In this document: one piece after another, positions 50,300 to 63,040 of the stretch | How the letters are laid out: each line of letters opens with the position of its first letter | Position numbering within the stretch: position 1 is the first letter of the stretch | Origin: Octopus sinensis | Lineage: Eukaryota | Length of the DNA stretch: 64,000 nucleotides | Direction: 5' to 3' | Assembly (NCBI RefSeq): GCF_006345805.1 | Contig: NC_043011.1 | Span: forward strand, 50,852,464-50,916,463 | Position numbers and translations under genes: made by a program | Notes under the pieces: generated by a model | What the model was told of the DNA's origin: nothing | What the model saw: the letters and a program-made list of their open reading frames with translations, nothing else | Databases searched by the model: none

Positions 50300-51941
50300 G
50301 TATGTGTGTGGGGGGGGGGGGGCAAAAACTTATTCAAAAAGGTACCCTCAAACTGGGGACCCAGACCAAATGCAACAGAATCTGACAGGTCATCTAAGAA
50401 TTGCCTTCTGCATTAGTGCTTACTTTGGCATGGTTTCTATGGATAGATGCCCTTCCAAATTCCAACCACTCTACATTTGTGTACTGGTTACTTTTTCACA
50501 CCATCAATACTAGAGGAGTTGCCATGCAGCTTTCACGACTACAAGTCTCCAAGAAGAGTGGCTTTATGCAAGGAGATGAGGAGTTAAAGAGAGAAGGGTC
50601 CAGAGTAGAAAAGGCTTCTTGTTGTAGAAAGGCCACACAGTTTTAGAACATATTTTAGAAGACCGGGTGAAGGAGTGATAAGAGAAGAAATAAAAATAGT
50701 GGTATGAAGTGTCAAGGTGAACTCTCAAGGTATAATTGAGTTGAAGTGAATTGGGAGGCAGAAGAAGCAGGAGTATGGGTGGGTGGAGGTTACAAGTATG
50801 CATGGGAGGGCGAGACAGGGAAGCCCCAAAAAATGAAAAGTAAACTAGACAGATAGGATTTGAACTATGAGTGCAGGGAGTCAGAACAAATACCAAGAGA
50901 CAATATCAGAACACTGAAAAAAAAAGCTATTTCTAGAGACCAAATAAAATGATACATGTTATCAAAGACAAGATGATGGAATATCTCTACAACTCTGATA
51001 CATTTTAAATTAAGGATTGACATTTTAAATTTATATAGGAAAAAAATGAATCATTCCTGTAATATATATATATGGCTGGCCTGTAGTTAAAATAGTTTCT
51101 TAACAACCACCCATTTAATTAGTATGTGGCATTTTACCGAGAGCTGCACATTAAAAGTTTAACGGACTTAATTTAGAATTTATGTTGAAATACAAACCTA
51201 GCTGCCACGATCACCTCACCAAAAACGAGAATCGTTGTATTTGACTTATCTAATACAAGAAACTTTTCACACATTTTTTTATTTTGTGGACTCTCTCGTA
51301 AACAGAAAGTAAATGTTCTGCAATTTCTAACTGAACAACCTGCACAAATGATTGGTTTATAATCAAATGTTTGCGCTGCACATTAAACTCCCTCCCTCAA
51401 ACTGACATTGTCTATACAGGTGCACGGTGTTCCATACATCAGATGTTGAAGTGACACAGCAACACAAAAAGCATTTTGCTCAAGAACATAAGGCACTGCC
51501 CAGCCTGGGAACTGAGAGTCCACCTCTAGGCCATATGCCTTCATTATGTGTATGTATGTGTGTGTATGTATGTGTGTGTGTGTGTGCATGCATGTTTGCA
51601 TTTCTCTGAAAAAAATCAGTGAGATGCAAGCAGTGAAGCCATTTCTCTTAAATTGTTCAATGGTTATGTGCTTCCAAAGATGTAGAATAATAAATAAAAT
51701 CTCTCATTTGAAAAGCAGATAAGGGTAAGAGATACGAAAGGCATTTGGCTGTACACCAAGATCTTAACCCAACTTATACAAGCATGGAAAAGCAGAGGTA
51801 AAAACCAATGAAGAAATTACTTTGCTAAGTATAACATTTTAAATTTAAAAGACAAGTGGACAAACTAAATAAGCAAATGAAGATAAGTGAAGTAGGAATG
51901 AATGAAGTTGAAGGAAGGAAAAAACAAGTAGAGTTACTCAC

Positions 51942-52146
51942 TGTATATCCTGGCCCTGGGGTTGATGTTGGTAGAGCACTGTTGGTAATGGAAACAACTT
52001 GCTGGTTCGGTTGAGTGACATTTATTTCATTTGCTTGCACCTCTATCTTGTAGCCAGGAGGAAGAAATGTATTAAAACCAACTATTAACTCCGGATGCCC
52101 CTTGAACAAGTTTGATACTCGGTTGATCACTCCAGGAGTATCAATG
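51942..52146 (-). CDS. SIN3A: SIN3 exon 2: end of PAH1
   Basis: [37 protein letters not shown]...PGPGYT; acceptor tttag, donor gtgagt. Confidence 0.96.
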
Positions 52147-52263
52147 CTAAATAAAAAGACAAGTGTACAATCTAAATAAGTAAATGAATACTTTCCCTTT
52201 TGTCTCAAAGTTCAGGAATATCCATTACAAAATTTACAAAGTAAATAAATAAGAACCCCTTAC

Positions 52264-52395
52264 GTTTGAGATTTAAATTCTTTCATGATGTCCAAGAAGT
52301 CGTTGTAGACCTGTGGTTGAGTACCAAATTGTAATTTAACTTGGTCCAAGTAGGATAAAGCATCCTCAACCTTGAGCCGTTGGAACTGCTGCTGT

Positions 52396-52428
<33 letters not shown>

Positions 52429-52454
52429 CCCTGTATTGGGGTGTTACCATGTGC
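52264..52454 (-). CDS. SIN3A: SIN3 exon 1 of 22 in window: polyQ and start of PAH1
   Basis: [10 protein letters not shown]14[40 protein letters not shown]; acceptor ttatccag, donor gtaagg; phase 0 to 2. Confidence 0.97.
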
Positions 52455-55400
52455 CTGGATAATATAAAAAAGATTTCAAACAATGAAAATTGGTTGGAGG
52501 GAGTGCTGCAAAAGACAATTGTTGTTCATACAGGCATGAAAATTATGTCCATTATATTTCTGTCTGTAATGTGGGAATTAAAGTTGGAATAGTGAAGACT
52601 TTTCACATAGAGAGATGCAGTTCCAAGTGTGAATAAAAACTGGGCCCAGACAATTCATGGTGGTACAATCAACTATGTACTATGATACTCATGATAAAAA
52701 TAAAGGATAACAGTAAATTCTAACCTTGCCACAAGGCCTTACATTTCAGAGTCAATTAGCCCTTTGGTTGTCCAAAGCATTTTCATAAGTTTGTCCTAAA
52801 CACCCACACTTGTTTTCAGACTTTTAGTTAGCCCTTGCTTTATATGGTCTACATAATATAAAGCTTCCTTTTTGTAAATCCCAGGGAAATATGTCCCATG
52901 AGATACACAGGACAGGTAAAGGGTTAAACCAATACCACAACTTGACTGGTATTTATTTTACTGATTTTTGAATGATGAAAAGAAAATTTAATTCTAGCAG
53001 TATTTGAACACAAAATAGAAATGGGCCTACCCCAACCTCAAATCAAAATACTGCCATGCATTTTGCCTATGGCTAGTGAGTATGCCATTCACCAACCTCA
53101 AGGATAAAACCATTATTATTAAACAACTTGCAACTACTTCAAGCACCAGCAGACAGTACTAAAAGTACAATGAATTAGAAGTGTACAAAATACATTATGT
53201 AGTCAAATTATAAATACAGCAGGCAGGTAGTCTCCAGGTTATAATAGGAACTTATTTGTGTATATATTTAGTGACAAATTTGATAAGAGACCATGAACCC
53301 CCTTGCCCTCCTCTGGCACAATAATTTAACACACAAGTGTTTCTGGTTTATACATAATAAACAGTGTCAAAGATAAGACATAAGTGAAGCACACAGTTTG
53401 AAGATGAACAACAGAAAACAATAACTGTATATTAAAAAATATGAACAAAAAATTTAATTAAAGTTTCTATGTTATATGTAATGACTAACTTTCAAATACA
53501 ATAAAAATTGAATATTTAGGAGATAGCTGAAATTGTGCAGTGTATATTAAAAAAAATATATTTCATGGATAAACAAATAAGTAAATAAATAAATACAAAC
53601 TAATGTGCAAATAGGGAACGCATTATAAAAATACAGGTCATCATAAAAGGCAAATTCATTCGGCATCTTCAACAGAGTATAGGAAAATTTTTTACAATTC
53701 TAGGCAGAGGAAATAGGCTGTTTTATATGACATCCAAAACTTGTGAAAAAGTGTGGTCAATACTATTATGGAAGAGTTGATTTGTTAAAAGGGTGCGAGG
53801 AAATATGGTTGGTTTGAATTAAAGTTGGTAATATACTGCTGTAATTTATTATTTTTGTTTTCGCTGAATCTAGTTACTACCTCACAGTTCTGAGTTCAAA
53901 ACCTCTCAGAGCTGATTTTGGTTTTCATAAAAAAAAAAAAAAAATACACATTATTTAACCATGATAAAATATCAACTTGGTATAAATTCAACAGACTATA
54001 TATAAACACTAGCTTTCTTTAAAAACCACATACATTGATATATTTCTGTAATACATCTATACATCTGGTTATCAATCTACCTATATAGTTTTTACATGCT
54101 TCACTCACTAAGCTGTGGCACAGTTTAGAAGGATTTACTTGATCAAATCTACTCCAAGTCTACCACTTATTCTTTCAGCCTCTAGTTGCTGAACTGACTA
54201 TTGCCTATAACCACCACTAAGTTATAGGGAAATAAACAAACCAACACTAGTTGCCAAGTAGTGCATGATAAATTCAAAAACACACACAAAACAGGCTCTC
54301 ATAAGGCAATGGTTGGTCCAAAGCTATAGTAGAAGACACTTGCCTAATAAAGAGTAGTAGAGTGGGATTGAACCCAGAACCATGTGTTTGAAAAGTGGAT
54401 TTATAAAAATATTAAATGTAATATTTATTCATACATAATGCACACCACTATTTTTGGGTAATGAAATACCAGAAAATATATACCTTGTCTACAATATACA
54501 GTGACTTTTCTTCAAGGTAACCTTTTGGGAAAAGTAGGATAATTAAAATGGAACCGGTGTTAATGGGATATGTAAAAATTAAATTGGCTTTCCTGAATTA
54601 GATATCAACAAATAAATAAATCTTTCATAATAGGTGAGTCATGCATTGTTCTCTTTTTATTTTGTATTTTGTTTTCAAAACAGTCTCCAGATTTTTAAAT
54701 TTTGAATGCCAGAGATTCCACATTAAAATTCATTACATCTTGTCATAAATATATGTAGTTGCTTTGATCTTGCTTAACTCTTATCACAGGACAGCCATAC
54801 ATCTCCATTCATAAATTTCTCTTCTAGAAACTTTCATATAGATAATTATACAGTCTGGCTGTCAGCAATGTTAGCTTAATGAATAAAATATATGTTTTTA
54901 ATAATGGTGTTCAGATAGGAAAATGGCACTCAATAACAATTGTATCAAATTTTGGCACAAGGCCAGCAATTTTGAGGGGTGGGAGACACATCAATTACAC
55001 CAACCTCAGCACTTGATTGGTAATTATTTTATCAACCCAGCAGGATGAAAGGCAAATTTGACATCAGCAAAATTTGAACTTAGAATGTAATGAGTCGGAA
55101 CACATACAGTTAGGCATTTTGTCGGGCAGAGTAATGAATCAGCCAGATGGTTGCCTTAATAATAATAATTGTTTCAAATTTTGGCACAAAGCCAGCAATT
55201 CTTGGGGGAGAGGCAAGTCGATCACATCAACCTCAATATTTGGGTGGTATTTTATTAACTCTGAAAGGATGAAAGACAAAGATGATTTTGGTAGAATTTT
55301 ATCTCTAAGCCTTTTTGTCTGGCATGGTACTGATTCTGTTAGTTCACCACTTTCATAATAATAATAATAATAATAATCTATTTAAAATCATTAACTTAAA

Positions 55401-55470
55401 TAATTTTCATTGCATGTTGCCACACTGAAATTTTTTTTAAAAGCCAACTTTTCTTTTTTCTTCAAAACAA

Positions 55471-55847
55471 TCTTTACTCTTTTACTTGTTTCAGTCATTT
55501 GACTGTGGCCATGCTGGAGCACCGCCTTTAGTTGAGCAAATCGACCCCAGGACTTATTCTGTGTAAGCCTAGTACTTATTCTGTCGGTCTCTTTTGCCGA
55601 ACTACTAAGTTACAGGGACGTAAACACACCAGTATCGGTTTTCAAGCGATGTTGTGGGGACAAACACAAACACACACATATATATGACAGGCTTCTTTCA
55701 GTTTCCGTCTACCAAATCCACTCACAAGGCTTTGGTCGGCCCAAGGCTATAATAGAAGACACTTGCCCAAGGTGCCATGCAGTGGGACTGAACCCGGAAC
55801 CATGTGGTTGGTAAGCAAGCTACTTACCACACAGCCACTCCTGTGCC
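55471..55847 (-). mobile_element. SINE family A
   Basis: Full-length, low-divergence copy. Confidence 0.9.
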
Positions 55848-56020
55848 TTTAGATAACTGTTTTGAACACAAAGCTCCATTTTATAAGTTATTACATCTTG
55901 TAGCAGATATTAGACATTGCTTTGGTTTTAATGCACACAAGAAAAGAGTTATAAATTATTCTTCTAAAATAACAATATATATATATATATATTATATATA
56001 TATATATATACACACATGGG

Positions 56021-56238
56021 GAGGGGGGTGCCGAAAAGTTCCTGGCTTTGAGTAAAAGAAAACACAGGAGGATCAGTTAATTATGATTTTATTCAACATA
56101 TTCCCCTCTCAGATTCACATACTTATTGCAGTGGTCCTTCAGTTTTTTGAAGCCCTGTAAAAGAACTTAGAATGTTGAGTCTCCAAACGGGCCTTTTGCG
56201 ATATCCTTAAAGCCAGGAGCTTTTCAGCAGCCCCTCAT
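56021..56238. mobile_element. About 215-bp mariner-like MITE
   Basis: TIR gaggggggtgccgaaaagttcctggcttt / aaagccaggagcttttcagcagcccctc; (TA)CGAGGG-type mariner end. Confidence 0.68.
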
Positions 56239-57203
56239 ACACGCACACACAATTTTACTATGTGTTGTCAATGGAGTTTTAAGCCCCCCCCCTAATATTT
56301 ATCAATATTTTTTAAGAATTATCATTTGGGATCAGGCAATAGCTTCAAATTTATAATAAAAGAAAAGAAAAAACTAAAGCATTCAATTATGCAATATATT
56401 GATATAATTGATCTAAGCTTATTACATAATATATTGACTAAATAGTCATAGCTAGAACACCATTGTGGTATTACCTATTATAGCGGGTTATTGAATGTGT
56501 TCTTATAGCAGAGTTTATTTGTATATATAGACAAATTGTGGTATGTAGCAAACATGTATATATAAAAAAAAGTACATTTGTCACTTTACAGTTTCTTTTT
56601 TTTTTTTACATTTTACTTCTAATTTTGATATATTAGTAAAATAGTAAACAACTTTGAGCAGTACAATCCTATATGTACATTTATGAAATATAATTATCAT
56701 TTAAATGATATGGAAAATGGTAATGCACATCCATGATTTTTAGGCTTAAAAATCTGGAAAGTGTACATTACACATGAATAATTACATCTTAAAATCTCAA
56801 ATTATTATTGCATAATGTCCTTCATTTTTCAGTATAGCTGTAAAAGTCATAAAAGAGAATGATTATATAATATAAGGGTGTGCAGCTTAGAAGTTTGTTC
56901 CCAAACTATATGGTTTCAGGTTCAGTTTCATGGTGTGGTACCTTGAACAAGCATCTTCTACTTAGACATGGACCAACCAAACCTTGAGTGGATTGGTAGA
57001 TGGAGACTGAAAGAAGCTTATCTGTGTATACTAACATACATACATACACACACGTGTGCTTGTGTCTGATAGTTTTGACATCAAACAATAGTCGTAAACG
57101 TGTGCCATCATCACTCGAAAGAGTCTCTTGTTTTCAAATTTCTGCGTAAACACATCTGGCCAAAGACAATCTACCTTAACAAATTCTGCCTAACTCACGG
57201 ATA

Positions 57204-57465
57204 ATCATCATCATCATCGTTTAACATCCGCTTTCCATGCTAGCATGGGTTGGACGGTTCAACTGGGGTCTGGGAAGCCCGAAGGCTGCACCAGGCCAGT
57301 CAGATCTGGCAGTGTTTCTACAGCTGGATGCCCTTCCTAACGCTAACCACTCTGTGAGTGTAGTGGGTGCTTTTTATGTGCCACCGACACAGGTGCCAGA
57401 CAAGGCTGGCGAACGGTCACGCTCGGATGGTGTTTGTTATGTGCCCACAGCACGGAGGCCAGTCG
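57204..57465 (-). mobile_element. SINE family B
   Basis: Reverse copy starting (cat)n cgtttaacatccg. Confidence 0.87.
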
Positions 57466-57717
57466 ATAAGTGGATGCTAAACAATGATAAATATGTAAAC
57501 AGTATTAAAATTGAAATAAAATACTTGGTTACTAATATAATTTTTTGACTGTTGTTTTGGGTGTCATTATGAATGAATAAGTTAAAATGAAAACTTCTGA
57601 CTAGTTACTTTAGCTACCCTCTGCAGATGACAAAAATCTCTTATCAAATTTTCTCTATCTTTAGGCCTTTAGCATTCTGATTATTCAATTTATTCACATT
57701 GTTTTGCATTGACCATG

Positions 57718-58150
57718 TACTCTTACTCTTTTTACTTTTTTACTTGTTTCAGTCATTTGACTGCGGCCATGCTGGAGCACCGCCTTTAGTCGAGCAAATC
57801 GACCCCGGGACTTATTCTTTGTAAGCCCAGTACTTATTCTATCGGTCTCTTTTTGCCGAACCGCTAAGTGACGGGGACGTAAACACACCAGCATCGGTTG
57901 TCAAGCAATGCTAGGGGAACAAACACAGACACACAAACACACACATACATATATATATATATATTATATATATATATATATATATACGACAGGCTTCTTT
58001 CAGTTTCCGTCTACCAAATCCACTCACAAGGCATTGGTCGGCCCGGGGCTATAGCAGAAGACACTTGCCCAAGGTGCCACGCAGTGGGACTGAACCCGGA
58101 ACCATGAGGTTGGTTAGCAAGCTACTTACCACACAGCCACTCCTGCGCCT
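57718..58150 (-). mobile_element. SINE family A
   Basis: Full-length copy with internal (CA)/(TA) microsatellite. Confidence 0.9.
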
Positions 58151-58688
58151 ATGTAGCTTCATGATTATGATGATTGGTTGTTTATTTTAAAATGACATGG
58201 TTGGATAGGTGTGACAGGTGGATGTAGCCAGTTTAAATATAAAGTAGGTAGAATATTTGGGCTGGATATGATTGGTTTAAATGCTAAAGGATTAAATCAT
58301 ATCAATAATAGCATCACATATGGCTTGAGTACTGGACTACACGTTCATAATATGTAAGTTCTTTTATCCTGTTGCTGATACTCAGTAGAAACATCATGAC
58401 CTCGTAAACAATGACAACACTATAAAACTGACAAATGATTCATTAGCTTTTAAGGCAGTTTAAGTCCAACTCCTTCTGAGGGACTTAGATGGGATCGAAA
58501 TTTTGTTTCTGGTTATGGGCCCTTATAAGATTGATGGTGTTCACATACCCACTCTTTGTCAAACCTTTCCATGTCCATACATTCACCATTAAGTAGACAT
58601 TACCCACAACTTGCCATTCTTTGTTAAACCTTCCTTCTGATGCACATCCGTTCTAGGTCGATATTTCCTATGGCTGTTGACTTTTCCC

Positions 58689-58870
58689 TTAATCCTTTAG
58701 CATTCATGTTACTCTGTCAGACGCAATGCTTATTTATTTACATTGTTTTCAATTAAGCATTCATTATCCAGTAACTTAGAAATTTCACTGACGTGACTTT
58801 ACTTTTAGGATGACATTGTAAGGTAGGTGTGAGCGGTTGGGTCTGGTTGGTTTAAATGCTAAACAGTTAA
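58689..58870. mobile_element. TTAA-MITE copy (internally deleted)
   Basis: ttaatcctttagcatt...aatgctaaacagttaa. Confidence 0.65.
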
Positions 58871-59204
58871 ACCACAAGCTGTCAATCTCAGAAAAGCAAT
58901 GTTCTTCAATCCAACAAGTGAAGACAGCTAAAATGGTGGCTGAATAATTCCCAGATTGGCTACATTTATACCATAGCTGTATGAAGATGGGGTGAGGGTC
59001 ATTTTATCAACGATGATAGAATTAAGTTCCTACATAATTTTATTGATTGGTTAACATGTAAACATGAGCAATGTTGGAAAAAACTGGATTTATACAATAA
59101 TATTCTATCTATACTGGTTTCCCCTGCACTACAAGACATACACATATGTAATTACAGAATGTGCTGATGAGTAGGAGTGATAATAGGTAAACATAGATAA
59201 TATA

Positions 59205-60328
59205 CAGGAGTTGGACAAAATAATGGAAACACCTAGCATCATAGCATCATAATTTTCAAATATCTATAAAACCATCAAAAGCTTTATTTTTATGTTTTTT
59301 TATTTATTATTAGTGTTGCTTAACATGTTTTGCTAAAACTGCTGTTTCTTTTCAAATATCATCAGAAAAAGGTAATTAAAATTCATTAAAATGACAGATC
59401 TATTGGACTTTCCAAAAGGTCAAATTGTTGGTGTTCGTATGGCAAGCGCTAGTGTAATGAAAACAGCTGAAATGTTTGGTGTATCAAGAAGTACTGTCTT
59501 GAAAGTAATGACAACCTTTGAGAAAGAGGGAAAAACCTCCTCGTTGAAACAAAACTCTGGAAGAAAACCAAAACTTTCAGACAGGGACCGTCAGACTCCT
59601 ACACGAATTGTTAGAAAGGATCACAAAAGTCCAGCTCCCAAAATTACTGCACCTCAAGAACCCAGCTTCCACAAAAACTGTTTCATGGGAGGGCTGCAAT
59701 CAGAAAACCACTACTTTCAAAAACAAACATTACAAAGCGTTTAGAGTGGAGTAAAATTCTACAGAATTAGTTCCAGAGCAGTGGAAGAACGTTATTTTCT
59801 TGCACGAGTAATCCTTTACCTTATTTCCAACCACCGGCCGAATATACATGTGAAGACAGCCAAACGAAGCATTTGACCCAGACTGCCTTCTTCCAAATGT
59901 TAAACATGGAGGAGGCTATATCTTGGAAATTCGCAGGCCCAATGGTTTCCCTTCATTGCAGAATTAATAGTCAAGACTATTTAAGCATTTTATCTGATCA
60001 AATTCATCCTATGGTTGCGGAACTGTTTCTAGAGGGAAACGCAATCTTTTAGGATGATAATGCACCAATTCACACAGCTAAAGTTGTTACTGAATGGCAC
60101 AAGGAACATTCTAGTGAAGTTGAACATCTTATCTCGCTACCAGAGTCCCCAGATCTCAATATTATGGAACAATTATGGTGCATTTTAGAAAAACAAATAA
60201 GGGGTCGATATCTTCCACCATCATCACTACAAGAACTGAAGACTGTTTTAGCTGAAGAATGGACAGAAATTCCCTTGGAAACAATTCAAACTTCGTACGA
60301 GTCCATACCTCGTAGAATTCAAGCTGTC
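59205..60328 (+). mobile_element. Decayed Tc1-like DNA transposon, 3' end missing; transposase pseudogene from 59391
   Basis: TA then CAGGAGTTGGACAAAATAATGGAAACAC (5' TIR). Paired-like HTH ORF MTDLLDFPKGQIVG...SGRKPKLSDRDR. Frameshifts and stops, then DDNAPIHTAK...SPDLNIMEQLW and IPRRIQAV. No 3' TIR found. Confidence 0.92.
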
Positions 60329-60356
60329 CTAACCCATTTTTAAATAAATTTGTTTG

Positions 60357-61440
60357 AAACTAGAATTTGTGAGTGGCTTGTACCCAGAGGCAATATGTAC
60401 TGACGGGAAATAAATCCTCCCAAATGCCTGGAAAGTCCCCTCAACAAAGCACTTGACAGTATTTGCTATCTGCATGATAGCAACTTGTAGTCGGGGTATT
60501 CTGAAAGCATAGTAGCCAGAGTAAGAATGAGTTGGAAAAAGTTTAGTGTTATTATTTCTGCCGGCAATAATGGGTTTCTCTAACAAAGTGAAGGGCAGAT
60601 TGTCTGATGCTAATTTACAATTATTTTGTCCAACAGAAGACCACAAAAGGAAGAGAAAGACAAACAGTTCAGGAAACAGAAGGGAACCATCAACAGGATT
60701 CAAAATTAGCTTGTCAAGTGCTTACTACCATCCTACAGCCCCCACCTCTCTCTCTCTGCATGTATGTATATATATATATATATTTTTCACCAGGATTCAG
60801 TCCTCAACCCTCTTGCTTATTATTGTCCTCTAGGATTGAAGTTTTCTGGATCACTAAGGAGGGTACTAGAAAGAATTGAGATGTCACACTGAAAAGAAGA
60901 TTATGAAGAATTATAACGATACACTCGCTCTTACACTATGTTGATGACCTACTTCTTATAAGAGAATCTGTAGGAGATTCAGATATGGAGTCAGAACCTG
61001 GAAGCAAAAGCTCTCAAAGCAAACTTAATAAAAACTAAAGTTTGAATAAGTAGGACAAGATACAAAACAAAGCTGGCATCAGAGAAATGGCTTGCAATAT
61101 GCAGAAAAGGAGTTAGCGAAAATTCTATATGGTGTGCTCAATATAAACAATGAACATACAGGTAGGCTAACAGAGAAAACTAGAATTTGTGAGTGGCTTG
61201 TACCCAGAGGCAATATGTACTGACGGGAAATAAATCCTCCCAAATGCCTGGAAAGTCCCCTCAACAAAGCACTTGACAGTATTTGCTATCTGCATGATAG
61301 CAACTTGTAGTCGGGGTATTCTGAAAGCATAGTAGCCAGAGTAAGAATGAGTTGGAAAAAGTTTAGTGTTATTATTTCTGCCGGCAATAATGGGTTTCTC
61401 TAACAAAGTGAAGGGCAGATTGTCTGATGCTAATTTACAA
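60357..61440. repeat. Identical 264-bp direct repeat (60357-60620 and 61177-61440)
   Basis: Read by eye as base-for-base identical; offset 820 bp. Confidence 0.93.
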
Positions 61441-61720
61441 ATAGCATGCTTACCAGATGTGTAGTGTTAATGTGAATGACAGAGGGAAAGAAAGTTGAAT
61501 ATAAGAGGAAACAGATGTAGTATGTTAAGAGAGGAGACTGTGTTGGACATGAGATGTGTAGAGAAAAGCTACTGTATAAAGAAATGTTGCAGACTTGCCT
61601 CAAAATGTTGCATGAATGAAAGAGATGAGAAGGACTATAACAACTGGTGACATACTGTGCAGGATAAAGCAAGACAACCCATACGAGCATGAAGAAATAT
61701 GCAATAAAATAATGATGGAG
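60800..61720 (+). mobile_element. Decayed RTE-clade LINE (RT region to 3' tail)
   Basis: LHYVDDLLLIRES (YADD-like), QNLEAKALKANLIKTKV, CAICRKGV..NSIWC, ICYL...SESIVARVRMSWKKF, KVKGRL; tail resembling caacccatgctagcatgg...atgatg near 61680-61715. Confidence 0.75.
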
Positions 61721-61727
61721 GCTGGGC

Positions 61728-62100
61728 TCTCTTTCTCTTTTACTTGTTTCAGTCATTTGACTGCAGCCATGCTGGAGCACCACCTTTAATCGAGCAACTC
61801 GACCCCAGGACTTATTCTATCGGTCTCTTTTGCCGAACCGCTAAGTGACGGGGACATAAACACACCAGCATCAGTTGTCAAACAATGCTAGGGGGACAAA
61901 CACAGACACACACACACACATATATATACATATATACGACGGGCTTCTTTCAGTTTCCGTCTACCAAATCCACTCACAAGGCTTTGGTCGGCCCGAGGCT
62001 ATAGTAGAAGACACTTGCCCAAGGTGCCACGCAGTGGGACCGAACCCGGAACCATGTGGTTGGTAAGCAAGCTACTTACCACACAGCCACTACTGCGCCT
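61728..62100 (-). mobile_element. SINE family A
   Basis: Near full-length copy. Confidence 0.9.
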
Positions 62101-62829
62101 ATATTATATCTGTCTACTTTTTGCTAATCTTGTACCTGCTTAGTCCCCATCAACTGTCTCTCTTGCCTATTTGGTACCCTCTTGCTTATAGCCCCCACAC
62201 CTGTTTGCTGCACTATGCCATCTGTACACTGAGAGAATATTTTAGCTCTGGTCACTTACAAATCTGCTCCACCCCTTTGTAACATCAACTCTTGTTGATA
62301 TCTCACTATTGGTATACTGATTACCCGCCACTTGTGCTCCTCACCACCAGCTAATATCACCCTCCATACGTCTTGTAACTTACTCTCCCTTCATTTCCTC
62401 AGGCCATTCATTTTTGATAACACCAAACCACCACATTCTTTTATTTCTAACCATTTACACAACTATTCATCTCCCCACCCTGCTTTTACGGTCTCTCTCT
62501 CCTCCATACAGTTACTCCAGTCACTGGGTACCTCTTTCATAGTCAGCTCCCCTTTTCTGGCTCACCTTAGTTCATCTATTGTCTTCTTTTTTCACCCAAA
62601 CTATTGATCACACTATCCAGAAAAAGACTAAACAGTGAGAACCCTTTTGTCTCATAGGATACAATGCTATCTCAGGAGCATTAGTACAGTGACAAGATTC
62701 ATTGAAGAAGCTCCATCAAGGACATGACAATCTTTCTAATGAGGTGCTATGATAAAATGCACCTACTATCCTTTGTCTTCAGTGTTAAGGACATCCAGCC
62801 ATAGGATGCCAAAATAGAACATACTCTAA

Positions 62830-63040
62830 CTCAAAGCCTCTTCATTCACTCCACCACCAAATCTTGGACTATATCACTTCTCATTTTGTGAATAATCTAT
62901 GCCACTTCACCAACTTCAGAAGTTATTATCCTCAGTGATTTCAATGTTTATAGTGGTCTGGTGGGTTCTGCATGGACGTTCCCTAATGATTGATAACCTC
63001 TAAATCTCTAAATGCTATCCTGGAGTTGAACTTCATTGTG
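62830..63040 (+). mobile_element. Highly decayed LINE AP-endonuclease remnant
   Basis: LDYITSH...(frameshift) SEVIILSDFNVY resembles the endonuclease DYLTS...ILGDFNVH motif. Confidence 0.45.

Noticed and set aside
60329-61406. Duplicated ORFs MLEKPIIAGRNNNTK...
   Set aside because: Antisense readings of the duplicated RTE fragment
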